A stretch of DNA of 46,127 bases from the sequence record SRR2962707_4349; one strand, written 5' to 3'. A program made the translations under genes and the position numbers. Below are positions 29,213 to 38,573 of this stretch, piece after piece. Numbering within the stretch: the first letter of the stretch is position 1; each line of letters opens with the position of its first letter. The notes under the pieces are model-generated. The model worked only from the letters and a program-made list of their open reading frames with translations. It did not search any database and was not told the DNA's origin.

Positions 29213-31123
29213 TTACGCGTCCCAAGCCCCGCGCTTTTTCATATTCTCAATTTCGCCAATCGCCTTTTCGCGTTGGCGTTCGCGGCGGATGATCTCTTCT
29301 ACCGCTGCATTGTCGCTCTTATCTGTGTAGCGGAACTCTGAATCCGCATAGCGGTTAATCTCCTGCATCACCATCTCCATCGTAAAAGGATGGCGCAGAT
29401 CAGCAATCATATCGCGCTTGGTATCATAGTCCTTGTGCATAAAGATTTCAGGTGTCTCAAACCATTCATCGGGCAAATCAACATCCATCGCCCGCATTTT
29501 AATTGCGTCCGTCACGTTTTTAATCGCGCGGCCAGTAAAGCGTGGCTCCACCTGCTTAATCATATAAAGATAGGTGCCAATATCGGCGATGGTTTTAGGC
29601 GCGCCGTTTTCTGAAACAAAGCGATCATAGACATTCATCAAGCCTTGTTCGGATGGCTTTGCATAATCAGCATAGGCTTCTTGAACGGCTTTTTTGATGG
29701 ACTGCGCCGCCAGAAGATCATGCTTGCCCAGTTCAATCTTATGGTTTTTACCGGCGAGCAGCGCGAAAATATCGATATAATCATCACGCGTTTGCGGCCC
29801 ATCCACCAGCCAGCGTGCACCGGCGCGTTGGCGCAGCGCATCGTCCACATTTTCAGGATAGTTGGAGAACATGCCAAAAGAACAATTGCCGCGCACAACG
29901 GTCGATGCACCGGCAAAACTCTCCATCAGAACCGCCGTCACCTCTTGCTGACCGGCAGAGGCGCGATCATCCGACCGCTTTGCCGCCACTTGGTCAATGT
30001 CATCAATCGTGCCGAAGCCAATCGCTTTGGGCGAAATCACACCATCAATAAAGGTTTTGCAGTTTTGGCCAGATTTGCCCTGATAGGATGAAATCTGGTC
30101 AACCCCGAAGTTTTCATAATGGAAGGGATAACCCGCCACTTCGCAGTAATCATTCACCAATCCGGCGATCATTTGAATGAGGATCGTTTTGCCTGTACCG
30201 GGTGCTCCGTCACCAATGAATGTGAAGAGAAAACCGCCAAGCTCAACAAATGGATTGAGCTGGCGATCAAAATCATAGGAAACCAGCATTTTGGCCAGCT
30301 TCATCGCCTGATATTTGGCAATGTGGTTGCCGACGATTTCATCCGGTTTTTTAAACTGCATCACCAGCGGCTTGCGCTTTGCGCCCGGTGCCACATCAAA
30401 TCCATTGAGCGTAAAATCATCCTGCTCAAGGGCAATATGATTATCTTCAAACGCGCCAAGCCCTGCAAAACGCCCCTTGCGCTGAATGAGCCCTTCAAGC
30501 GTCACCCGCGCAAAGGCCTTGGCCCGTTGCAACATCGCCATATCGTCTGGCGCGCCTTCAATTGCTCGAACCAAACCGGCGATGATGGCTTTAACGCTAT
30601 CCTGCGGTGTATCGAACAAATAATCCGGCTCGGCTAAATCTTCACCAGGCTCCGTTTCAGTTTCCAGCATTTGCGCCAAATAAGCGCAAAGCGAAAACGC
30701 AGCAATATAGGCAGAAGCGGCTAGCAGGCTTTTAAATTTCTCCGCCGCATCACCGCTGAGCGGCGAAGACGCATTGCGCGCCATCAGCGTTTCTAGCTCG
30801 CTTTGGCGGCCAAACACATCACCAATCGCAAAAGCAACGGCGATGCCGCGCCGCGCACGAAACAACAAACTATGTTGCTGCGGCGATAACATCGCATCAT
30901 CAGGCCTCACCGCGCTAATAGTGCGTGCGAGTTCCATTTCGCGCGTTTTACGCACGCCTGACGTTGAAACTGTCGAGACAAAGCGGCGGTTCGTGCCCGC
31001 AAGCACCGTATCAGACTTGCCGGTTGATTGCTCCAGAACAACGAATTTCGTGATTAATGATTGCGCGACAGAGCGGTGCTTCACGATGTCTTTTTCGTCA
31101 ATGCGTGTCAGACCTACATCCAT
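29213..31123 (-). CDS. AAA+ ATPase, classical AAA clade, with uncharacterised N-terminal region
   Basis: Walker A GAPGTGKT, pore loop SSYQG, Walker B GTIDDID, SRH SNYPENVDDALRQR, FTGRAIKN; SD AGGAG. Confidence 0.9.
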   Translation of the reverse strand: MDVGLTRIDEKDIVKHRSVAQSLITKFVVLEQSTGKSDTVLAGTNRRFVSTVSTSGVRKTREMELARTISAVRPDDAMLSPQQHSLLFRARRGIAVAFAIGDVFGRQSELETLMARNASSPLSGDAAEKFKSLLAASAYIAAFSLCAYLAQMLETETEPGEDLAEPDYLFDTPQDSVKAIIAGLVRAIEGAPDDMAMLQRAKAFARVTLEGLIQRKGRFAGLGAFEDNHIALEQDDFTLNGFDVAPGAKRKPLVMQFKKPDEIVGNHIAKYQAMKLAKMLVSYDFDRQLNPFVELGGFLFTFIGDGAPGTGKTILIQMIAGLVNDYCEVAGYPFHYENFGVDQISSYQGKSGQNCKTFIDGVISPKAIGFGTIDDIDQVAAKRSDDRASAGQQEVTAVLMESFAGASTVVRGNCSFGMFSNYPENVDDALRQRAGARWLVDGPQTRDDYIDIFALLAGKNHKIELGKHDLLAAQSIKKAVQEAYADYAKPSEQGLMNVYDRFVSENGAPKTIADIGTYLYMIKQVEPRFTGRAIKNVTDAIKMRAMDVDLPDEWFETPEIFMHKDYDTKRDMIADLRHPFTMEMVMQEINRYADSEFRYTDKSDNAAVEEIIRRERQREKAIGEIENMKKRGAWDA

Positions 31124-31135
31124 TTTAAACTCCTA

Positions 31136-32302
31136 TCAGACATCGCTAATCACTTGCCCATTGGAAATAATATGGGTCTTGTAGCCGGCAAAAACCTTGT
31201 CAATTTCGCCTGCCGCATAAAGCGCTTGATAGGCCTCGTGCGGCACCAGCGCGTGGTTTTCATAGGCCGAAACGCCCATGCGCGCGGCGTCCAAATCATC
31301 GGTGTTGATGTAATATTCATCGCGCGCAGGATCAGACGACCAAAGCCCGCGCCGCGCCGGTTTTTCAGACTTTGAATAAACATCCTGAATAGTCCAAGTG
31401 AGCAACCACGCATTTGCGGAGTTTTTAACCTTGGAAAGTACTTCGCTCACGGTCGCATTATTGTCAGTGATGCCCGCTGAATAAAATGGCCCAAGCACAA
31501 TGCGCCGCAATTGCTTGGGGTGCAGCGCGTCAAACTCTTGGTCCATATTCATCGCAATCGTCGTTGGCGATAAAGAATAGGACGAATTAGCCTCAGCAAA
31601 TTTGTCAAACTGATCAGCAAATTTAGGGTTTAGAAGTCCGCCCACCGGCAGCGGAATTTTCACTCTTTCATTCAGCTTACCATCACGGTCAACAAGCTTA
31701 GAAATCATATCAGGCGTTGAATCTTCAATCAGCGCCGAATAGATCATCGGCAGATTGGCCGCTCCATCAAACACGCCCCAATGGGTCAGATAATAAGGCC
31801 TGCCATTTTTAGGATTCACCGACACCTTGGTGGTTTCCGGCAGAATAAACGGCGAGAACACCTCGCCCTCTTCCACTGTTTCCAGATAAAGCCGCTCGGC
31901 CATCAGCTTTTGCAAGTCGGCAGGAAACGCCTTGTTGCGTAAAATAAAGTCAGCCATTTGCGCCCGAATATCATCCGGCGCGGCAATAGAGGCAAGGCGC
32001 ATTTGCGCAGTGCTGCGATCTTTCTCCAATTCCAACACATTTTGAAACGTTGGAAAGCCGCTATCAGCGCGCGATATTTTAAAACTCGCCTCATAGTCGA
32101 GACGGTTCTCCCAACAGGCAAATGAATTGGCAAGCAGGCCGATATATTGCGTGACCGATTGCGCCACCAAGCCGTGGCTATAAAGCGGCGAATTCGTATC
32201 ACGTAGATAGATATCAAGGCCATTGAGCGCCGCTCGAATAGACGTAAAATAGCGAGAGGCGGAATTACCCTCACCCACGCTATTTTTATTTGATGCACTC
32301 AT
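31136..32302 (-). CDS. Uncharacterised protein (388 aa)
   Basis: Long ORF inside a co-oriented operon with 12- and 33-nt gaps; no motif recognised. Confidence 0.82.
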   Translation of the reverse strand: MSASNKNSVGEGNSASRYFTSIRAALNGLDIYLRDTNSPLYSHGLVAQSVTQYIGLLANSFACWENRLDYEASFKISRADSGFPTFQNVLELEKDRSTAQMRLASIAAPDDIRAQMADFILRNKAFPADLQKLMAERLYLETVEEGEVFSPFILPETTKVSVNPKNGRPYYLTHWGVFDGAANLPMIYSALIEDSTPDMISKLVDRDGKLNERVKIPLPVGGLLNPKFADQFDKFAEANSSYSLSPTTIAMNMDQEFDALHPKQLRRIVLGPFYSAGITDNNATVSEVLSKVKNSANAWLLTWTIQDVYSKSEKPARRGLWSSDPARDEYYINTDDLDAARMGVSAYENHALVPHEAYQALYAAGEIDKVFAGYKTHIISNGQVISDV

Positions 32303-32335
32303 TATTGGCTCAATCGACGCTGATCGCGCATCACC

Positions 32336-33424
32336 TTAGTTTTTGACGTAATTGGCTGCATTATGCTTTTTCATCACATCGTCAAACCGGCGTAAAAACG
32401 CATCATCGGCAAGCTTTTTGCGGCGCTGAATATCAGCCGTTGCCACCATATTGCCTTCGTGCATTTCAAGAAGATCACCAATATGCTTTTGAGCTGCCGC
32501 ACCAATGCCAGCCATCGTGGTTTCAGCCGCCGTATCCACCTTGCTGCCAAGCGTATTGATTTTATGGGCGACATCTTGTTGCGCCGCTGTTTTCAATGAA
32601 TCTTCCAGCGCTTTATAAAGAACGATGCGCTGCTCGGTATCAATCGTCAGCTTGTTGATCAGTGTATTTTGCGCAGCAATCTGATTGTTCAATGAATCCA
32701 CAAAAGTCTGGAACATAGATGTGTAACGCTCCAGCGTTTGGCTTTCGGCCAAAAGCTCCTGCTCTTTTGCCTGCGCTTCATTATATTCTGTTGCCAGTTT
32801 AGAGCGCTCACCTTCAAGCTGTGTCCGGTCTTTTTGGGTTGTCGAAGACGCGATCTGGTTTTCCAAATCCATCAAAAGCGGATTGAGTTCTTCAATACGC
32901 GCCTGCGTTGCCTCAAGGCGGTTCATCGCGTCCTTGCGCCGCTCAATAACCGTGCGCAGCGATGTCTCGGACGTCGAATAACGTTCATCGAGAATGTTTT
33001 TCTGGCTTTTCAAAATCCCAACAATCGTATCCGACTTATTGAGCAGTTCCTGAAGGTTTCCAGCAAGCGACATGTTGCGAACGCGCTCAGAACGCATGCG
33101 CTGCATACGCTGCTTTGAAAAAAGACCGATGAATTTTTCCATACCTGAATAGGATTTCATGGATTCAAATTCAGAACCGAAAACATTGGTTGCATCTTCC
33201 AGCCCGATGATCAGGTCGGCCATATTGCCTTCCATCACTTTTTGCTGTTTCAGCACATCTTGGATACGGGCATTTTCAATATCAAATTCCGCATCGCCGA
33301 TTTTTGCATCTGACTGCGCGATTTTATCCAGAACAACGCTTGATTGCTCTATTTTGCCGCGCATATCGTCAACAATTTTGCGTGTATTTTCAATTTCCGT
33401 GTCGAAATTCTGCAAACTAGCCAT
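32336..33424 (-). CDS. Long coiled-coil helical protein (possibly distant TelA-like)
   Basis: SD GAGGA; E/K/Q/L-rich heptads throughout; amphipathic segment GMEKFIGLFSKQ; no TM. Confidence 0.85.
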   Translation of the reverse strand: MASLQNFDTEIENTRKIVDDMRGKIEQSSVVLDKIAQSDAKIGDAEFDIENARIQDVLKQQKVMEGNMADLIIGLEDATNVFGSEFESMKSYSGMEKFIGLFSKQRMQRMRSERVRNMSLAGNLQELLNKSDTIVGILKSQKNILDERYSTSETSLRTVIERRKDAMNRLEATQARIEELNPLLMDLENQIASSTTQKDRTQLEGERSKLATEYNEAQAKEQELLAESQTLERYTSMFQTFVDSLNNQIAAQNTLINKLTIDTEQRIVLYKALEDSLKTAAQQDVAHKINTLGSKVDTAAETTMAGIGAAAQKHIGDLLEMHEGNMVATADIQRRKKLADDAFLRRFDDVMKKHNAANYVKN

Positions 33425-33522
33425 CAAGGTTCCTCATCAATGTCGATCTATTTAAATGAACATAAGTATTTTTAATTACAAATAGAAGACCTGCCCAACC
33501 CAACGTCAAGCAATTGTTCTGA

Positions 33523-34134
33523 CTACTTGGTATAACCGATCATATCTTCGGGATCGATGCGACCCATTTCCTCTTCCCAGTGGCGGCGGCACAGCGAAAC
33601 ATATTTATCATTGCCGCCAATTTCCACTTGATCGCCTTCGCGCACCACGCGGCCATCGGGTCCAAGACGCACCACCATAGAGGCTTTGCGTCCGCATTTG
33701 CAGATTGTGCGCACTTCGCGCAGATCATCGGCAATGGCCAAAAGCGCTTTAGAGCCTGGAAACAATCGTCCTTGAAAATCGGTGCGCAACCCGTAGCACA
33801 TCACCGGCACACCCAAACGGTCCGCAACGCGGCCAAGCTGCCAAACCTGATCTTCGGTTAAAAACTGTGCTTCATCCACAAAAACACAATGGATAGGTTC
33901 ACGCGCGACACGATCGCCAATCATCGCATAAAGATCATCGCTGTCTTCAAATGTATGCGCCATTTGCGCCAAGCCGATGCGCGATGCAATATTGCGCTCA
34001 CCGGCGCGGTTATCCAGCGCTGCGGTAAACAACATCGTGTTCATGCCGCGCTCGTGATAATTATAAGAGGCTTGCAGTAGCATTGTGCTCTTGCCCGCAT
34101 TCATCGACGCATAATTAAAGTAAAGCTTGGCCAT
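33523..34134 (-). CDS. tdk: Thymidine kinase
   Basis: MAKLYFNYASMNAGKST, VDEAQFL, YGLRTDF, C.CGRKA, YVSLCR.H. Confidence 0.96.
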   Translation of the reverse strand: MAKLYFNYASMNAGKSTMLLQASYNYHERGMNTMLFTAALDNRAGERNIASRIGLAQMAHTFEDSDDLYAMIGDRVAREPIHCVFVDEAQFLTEDQVWQLGRVADRLGVPVMCYGLRTDFQGRLFPGSKALLAIADDLREVRTICKCGRKASMVVRLGPDGRVVREGDQVEIGGNDKYVSLCRRHWEEEMGRIDPEDMIGYTK

Positions 34135-34236
34135 GATCAGTTCGCGATTTAACTCTATGAACAAAGTTGATACGGATTCGTTTGTGAACTGTCACGCCGC
34201 TTGACCGTTCATCAACAGTTGAAAGCAAAATATCAG

Positions 34237-34743
34237 ATGGCCGAGACACCAAAACAAAATCCAATTCGTCCAACGGACGCAGAGGCAATCGAATTTGCAC
34301 GTAAGTTGATCGATAATGCTGGATTCGGCGCAATTGCCATTAACAGTGCAGCGCAGGATCATCCCCATATCAGCCGCATTCAGCTTTCAACCGATAGCGA
34401 CGGCAGCTTTGTAACGCTGGTTTCGGAACTATCTGGCCATACAGCACCGATGCGCCAAAACCCCAACTGTTCATTGCTCATTGGCGAACCAGGCAAAGGC
34501 GATCCGCTGGCCCATCCTCGCATGTCCATTGCGGTGATCGCAGAAGAAATAGAGCGCGGCGGCGAAGATCATCTGCGTCTTCGTGAAAGCCACCTCGCCC
34601 ACCATCCAAAATCGGCGCTTTATATTGATTTTGGCGATTTTTGCTTTTTCAAACTGAATCTCGTCAGCGCCAATTTGAATGGCGGCTTCGGCCGTGCCTA
34701 TCAACTGACAAAAGAAGATCTAGCCAAAATTGGAGCCCGCTAA
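34237..34743 (+). CDS. Pyridoxamine 5'-phosphate oxidase-like split barrel (HugZ family)
   Basis: SELSGHT, CSLLIGEPGKGDPLAHPR, YIDFGDF, LNGGFGRAY. Confidence 0.87.
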   Translation: MAETPKQNPIRPTDAEAIEFARKLIDNAGFGAIAINSAAQDHPHISRIQLSTDSDGSFVTLVSELSGHTAPMRQNPNCSLLIGEPGKGDPLAHPRMSIAVIAEEIERGGEDHLRLRESHLAHHPKSALYIDFGDFCFFKLNLVSANLNGGFGRAYQLTKEDLAKIGAR

Positions 34744-35576
34744 TGTCGCTTGCTGATCGTCACCCCAAATTTGAAGCGCTTCACCAATCGGGATGTTTTG
34801 TCATTCCAAACCCTTGGGATATCGGTTCTGCTCGCCTCATGGCGGCCAATGGGGCACAAGCGTTAGCGACAACCAGCGCCGGTTTTGCTTTCACGCTCGG
34901 CAGGCCGGATATGGGCCAAGTAACGCGCGATGAAGCATTGGATCATGCACAGCAATTAATTGCAGCAACAGCCCTGCCGGTTTCCGGCGATTTTGAAAAT
35001 GGCTTTGGCGATAGTCCCGATGATGTGGCAGAAACCGTGCGCTTTGCAGGCGAAATCGGTCTCTCCGGCGTTTCCATCGAAGACACATCAATGGTCAAAG
35101 GCAACGCACCCTATGCCTTCGATCTTTCCGTTGAGCGTATAAAAGCAGGCGCAGCGGCAGCCCGCGCCCTCGGGCGTCCATTTGTCTTTTGCGCACGCGC
35201 TGATGGCATTATGAACGGCCACTATGACACCAATGAAGCGATTAAACGCATACAAGCCTATGAACAAGCAGGCGTAGATTTGCTCTACGTGCCTTTGCCG
35301 CCAAGCATGGCTGACTTAGAAAAAATCGTAAAAAGCGTTTCAAAACCCATCAACGCTTTGGCCGCTGGTCCATTTCGCCAATATAGTAAAATGGATTTTG
35401 AAAAGATTGGCGTTCGGCGCATTTCCGTTGGCTCTGCGCTGGCGCGTGTCACCCATCATCACATTGTGAACGCCACAAAACTCATGTGCCTAGAAGGATC
35501 GTTTGCTGGTTTAAATGATGCAGCTTCAGGCGATGAGATCGACGCGATGCTGCAACACGGCGCAATTGAGAATTAG
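34743..35576 (+). CDS. Isocitrate lyase/PEP mutase family protein
   Basis: PNPWDIGSAR, ATTSAG, DFENGFG, SIED; TAATG overlap sets the start at 34743. Confidence 0.9.
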   Translation: MSLADRHPKFEALHQSGCFVIPNPWDIGSARLMAANGAQALATTSAGFAFTLGRPDMGQVTRDEALDHAQQLIAATALPVSGDFENGFGDSPDDVAETVRFAGEIGLSGVSIEDTSMVKGNAPYAFDLSVERIKAGAAAARALGRPFVFCARADGIMNGHYDTNEAIKRIQAYEQAGVDLLYVPLPPSMADLEKIVKSVSKPINALAAGPFRQYSKMDFEKIGVRRISVGSALARVTHHHIVNATKLMCLEGSFAGLNDAASGDEIDAMLQHGAIEN

Positions 35577-35579
35577 ATT

Positions 35580-36386
35580 TTGATAATTCCTATAGACCAT
35601 GCCAATGATCCGCGCCTCGCGCCCTATCGCGACATTAAAGAGCGCGATCTTGTCCGCAATCAGCGCCAATTCATTGCGGAAGGCAAAACGGTCCTGCAGG
35701 CGCTGCAAAACCAGCAACGCTTTTCGCTATCGTCGCTGCTTGTCCTCGAAAACCGTCTGGCGGGCATCGACGACATCATCGCAAAACTGCCAACGGATAC
35801 GCCGGTCTATGTCGCGGCCAAAGACATCATGGATCAAGTTGCCGGTTTTCCAATGCACCGCGGCGTTCTAGGCATTGCCAATGCACCCGCAAGCATAAGC
35901 GATAAGCCCAGGGAAACGGAAGCGGCCAACTGGCAACGTGTCCTCGTCATGGTCGGTCTCTCTAATCATGATAATGTGGGCTCGATCTTCCGAAACGCTG
36001 CCGCTTTTAATGTTGATGCAATTCTGCTCGATAAACAGACCTGCGATCCACTTTACCGCAAAGCCATCCGCGTCTCAGTAGGCGGCGTGTTCAGCGTTCC
36101 TTATTTTGAGTTTGAGAGCGCCACAGAAATTGTGAGCTGGCTCAACGAGCAGAAATTTGAAACAATCGCGCTTTCGCCCCAAGGACAAACCAATTTGATG
36201 GATTGGCAGCCCGCCCACAAATCAGCATTGTTGCTTGGCACCGAAGGCGAAGGCCTGCCAAGTGCGCTGCTTCAATCGCTAACGAGTGTTCGCGTGGAAA
36301 TGTCTGAAGATTTTGACAGCCTGAATGTCGCAACAACCAGCGGCATTGTTTTGCATCATTTGGCTATTCGGCAAAAAACGAATTAA
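35580..36386 (+). CDS. TrmH/SpoU family RNA methyltransferase
   Basis: FIAEG, HRG, NHDNVGSIFRNAAAF, LGTEGEGL, DSLNVA; TTG start. Confidence 0.9.
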   Translation: MIIPIDHANDPRLAPYRDIKERDLVRNQRQFIAEGKTVLQALQNQQRFSLSSLLVLENRLAGIDDIIAKLPTDTPVYVAAKDIMDQVAGFPMHRGVLGIANAPASISDKPRETEAANWQRVLVMVGLSNHDNVGSIFRNAAAFNVDAILLDKQTCDPLYRKAIRVSVGGVFSVPYFEFESATEIVSWLNEQKFETIALSPQGQTNLMDWQPAHKSALLLGTEGEGLPSALLQSLTSVRVEMSEDFDSLNVATTSGIVLHHLAIRQKTN

Positions 36387-37609
36387 ATCTTGGCTGCGTC
36401 AGCCGCTTTTTGAAGTGCTTGAATGCGTGCTGCCAGGCTTTTCTCATCGCTCACTTGGCCATTCAAAAGTTCATTGATGCGCGAATCTTTGCCCTCGACC
36501 AACGCTGTCATATGAACGACTTGTGCCGCCAATTGTTTAAGCTGCTCACGCAACAAAGCATCACTGTCGCCGCCATTAAGCTTCGCGGGGTTCCGCCCAC
36601 TGGGCGCAGATGCCAATTGCTTTTTCAGCTCCGCGCGTTCTTCCTTCAGGGCTTTTTCACTCGCGGTTAGCTTCTCAAGTTTTAAGTTGAGTTTCTCAAC
36701 TGCCGCTTCAGGCTTATTGCTGCCAACAGCACTTGCAATCAAATTATAGCGCAGCGTTAACTCGCTCAGCTCTTTGTCTAGCTCATCGCGCTCAGCTTCC
36801 GCATCGACAAGCCTATTTTCCAGATCGCGCAGACCAGCCTCTTCTTCAAGATTATGTTCACGCACACGCTCCATTTCTTTTTCGCGGCGCATCAATTTGT
36901 CTTCAATATCTGCGTGACTGGAGGCCAGCTTTTCATACTTCTTTTCAAGCGCTTGAAACCGGCTGCGCTCTGTCTTTAACAATGAGGCAGTTTCCTTGCC
37001 TTCGTTTCGGGCAGCCTTCAATTTTTCATCCGTAGCATTGCGCTTGGACTGTAAATCCGCTTGGCTGGCGATCAACTTTGCATTTTGCTCTTCAAGTTCT
37101 TCAAGCTGCTTCTGCGCACTCAAAAGCCTGTTTTCTAAGTCTTTTTGAATGCGCGCCATGGTGTCCAGCTCGCCTGTGCGAACCATCAACTCCGAAGCCA
37201 TTGTCGATTTCTCAAATTCTAAAGCGCTAAGCTCGTCTTCCCGCGCCGTGACTTGCTTTTGAATATTTTCAATTTCCGCAAGACGTTCAACTTCGCTTTC
37301 CCGCAGCGCGTCAGTTCTGTCTCTAAGCTCTTTAAGTTCAGCTTCTTTGACAGACAATTCATTGGCCAAGTTTGTTGCTTTTTCACGCTGCTTTTCAAAC
37401 TGAAAGTTAAGCTTATGCAGCGCCATGGCATGTTCAGCGCGCAGCTTGTCCTTATCGGCAAGAAGTTCATTCGCCGTCAAAGGAATGGCGCTCTCAATGC
37501 GTTTGCGCGTCAGAAATACAGCGCGGCGCCAAATCGATGGCGCGACCAGCAGGGCTAAAAAACCGGCGACCAAAAAACCAAGCGCAAAATATAGACTAAA
37601 TTGGATCAA
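36383..37609 (-). CDS. Membrane-anchored long coiled-coil protein
   Basis: Probable TTG start after GAGGG; N-terminal TM (FSLYFALGFLVAGFLALLVAP), then RRAVFLTRKRIE..PLT..E..ADKD.LRAEHAM and long heptads. Confidence 0.85.
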   Translation of the reverse strand: MIQFSLYFALGFLVAGFLALLVAPSIWRRAVFLTRKRIESAIPLTANELLADKDKLRAEHAMALHKLNFQFEKQREKATNLANELSVKEAELKELRDRTDALRESEVERLAEIENIQKQVTAREDELSALEFEKSTMASELMVRTGELDTMARIQKDLENRLLSAQKQLEELEEQNAKLIASQADLQSKRNATDEKLKAARNEGKETASLLKTERSRFQALEKKYEKLASSHADIEDKLMRREKEMERVREHNLEEEAGLRDLENRLVDAEAERDELDKELSELTLRYNLIASAVGSNKPEAAVEKLNLKLEKLTASEKALKEERAELKKQLASAPSGRNPAKLNGGDSDALLREQLKQLAAQVVHMTALVEGKDSRINELLNGQVSDEKSLAARIQALQKAADAAKI

Positions 37610-37679
37610 AGCGTTTAAACCCTCAATTGCAGAACATGTGCCACAAAGGGAAAGATTTATCCAGACTCGATCCACGCAT

Positions 37680-37703
37680 AAAAAGAGCCGCAAATGCGGC
37701 TCT
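37680..37703 (-). terminator. Intrinsic terminator after eipA
   Basis: AGAGCCGCA-tt-TGCGGCTCT followed by a T run on the minus strand. Confidence 0.75.
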
Positions 37704-37732
37704 CAAATTCTCAGCAAAGTTCAATGTTTAGA

Positions 37733-38326
37733 TCAAAATGGGTTCCAAGTCGGCATTGGCGTCACTTTAAGATAGCCAATTGAAACACCCAAACGTGCAC
37801 CAACACCGGTGCGAATAGGAACAAGCAACACATTGTTGCGCTTCATGACATTCATGCCAACGCCTGCCACCAAATAGGCCGAACCCGAAACACCGCCATA
37901 ACGACCATACATCGTATCAACGCTTTCAAGATTATAGATAAGCATCATGGTGCGAGCACCCTCGCCGCCATAGTCAAATCCAATCGATGGGCCTTGCCAA
38001 AAAACATTGTGCTCACCAACATTTTTCGTGTGAAGCACGCCTTCGCCATAAGTCAGGCCACCGATGAAAGCCCCGCTGCCTTCTTCACCTGTAATATAGC
38101 CATTTGGCAAACCATAGGAGCTAAAAACCTTTTCAATTGTCTGCGCAATAGCGCCAGATGTGCTACCAAAGAAAGTGTGGCCCGCATCAACCATTTCTTG
38201 GAGCGCATAAGTGTCCGGCTGCTGTTGAGCACTCGCTTGATTAGCCATCGACAACGTTATCATGCCAACCATTACGGCTGTCACGAGCGTTAGAAACCGG
38301 GATTTAAATTCTTTGTAAATTCTCAT
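37733..38326 (-). CDS. eipA: DUF1134 envelope integrity protein EipA
   Basis: Signal peptide, PNGYI.GEEGSGAF.GGL.YGEG, WQGPS.G, C-terminal TWNPF; conserved position beside chpT/ctrA; SD AGGAG. Confidence 0.88.
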   Translation of the reverse strand: MRIYKEFKSRFLTLVTAVMVGMITLSMANQASAQQQPDTYALQEMVDAGHTFFGSTSGAIAQTIEKVFSSYGLPNGYITGEEGSGAFIGGLTYGEGVLHTKNVGEHNVFWQGPSIGFDYGGEGARTMMLIYNLESVDTMYGRYGGVSGSAYLVAGVGMNVMKRNNVLLVPIRTGVGARLGVSIGYLKVTPMPTWNPF

Positions 38327-38573
38327 ATGTCTGCTCCTAAAAAGCACGATTGAGCTAAATTTTGAACACGGCCAAATTTTAGCGACGCCTTACTTCCGCG
38401 CTGTATCAATGAACGTCAATTACGGTCAAAATACAGCGTCGAGGTTTCCACTTCATTAAGGAAAAAATGCACATATTGATTAACTATAATGATTTATCAT
38501 GAATCATTGATTCTGTAGCCGATGAACGCTGTTCATCACCTTAAATGAAAATGAATTGGAAACTGGATTTCTC

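Noticed and set aside
33480-33510. CTTGAC...CTATTT promoter-like pair upstream of the five-gene operon
   Set aside because: The 19-nt spacing is too long for a confident call; co-transcription with tdk cannot be excluded.
16932-36386. Three 4-nt convergent stop overlaps (16932-16935, 18719-18722, 36383-36386)
   Set aside because: This is common compact packing of convergent genes, with no evidence of a special function.
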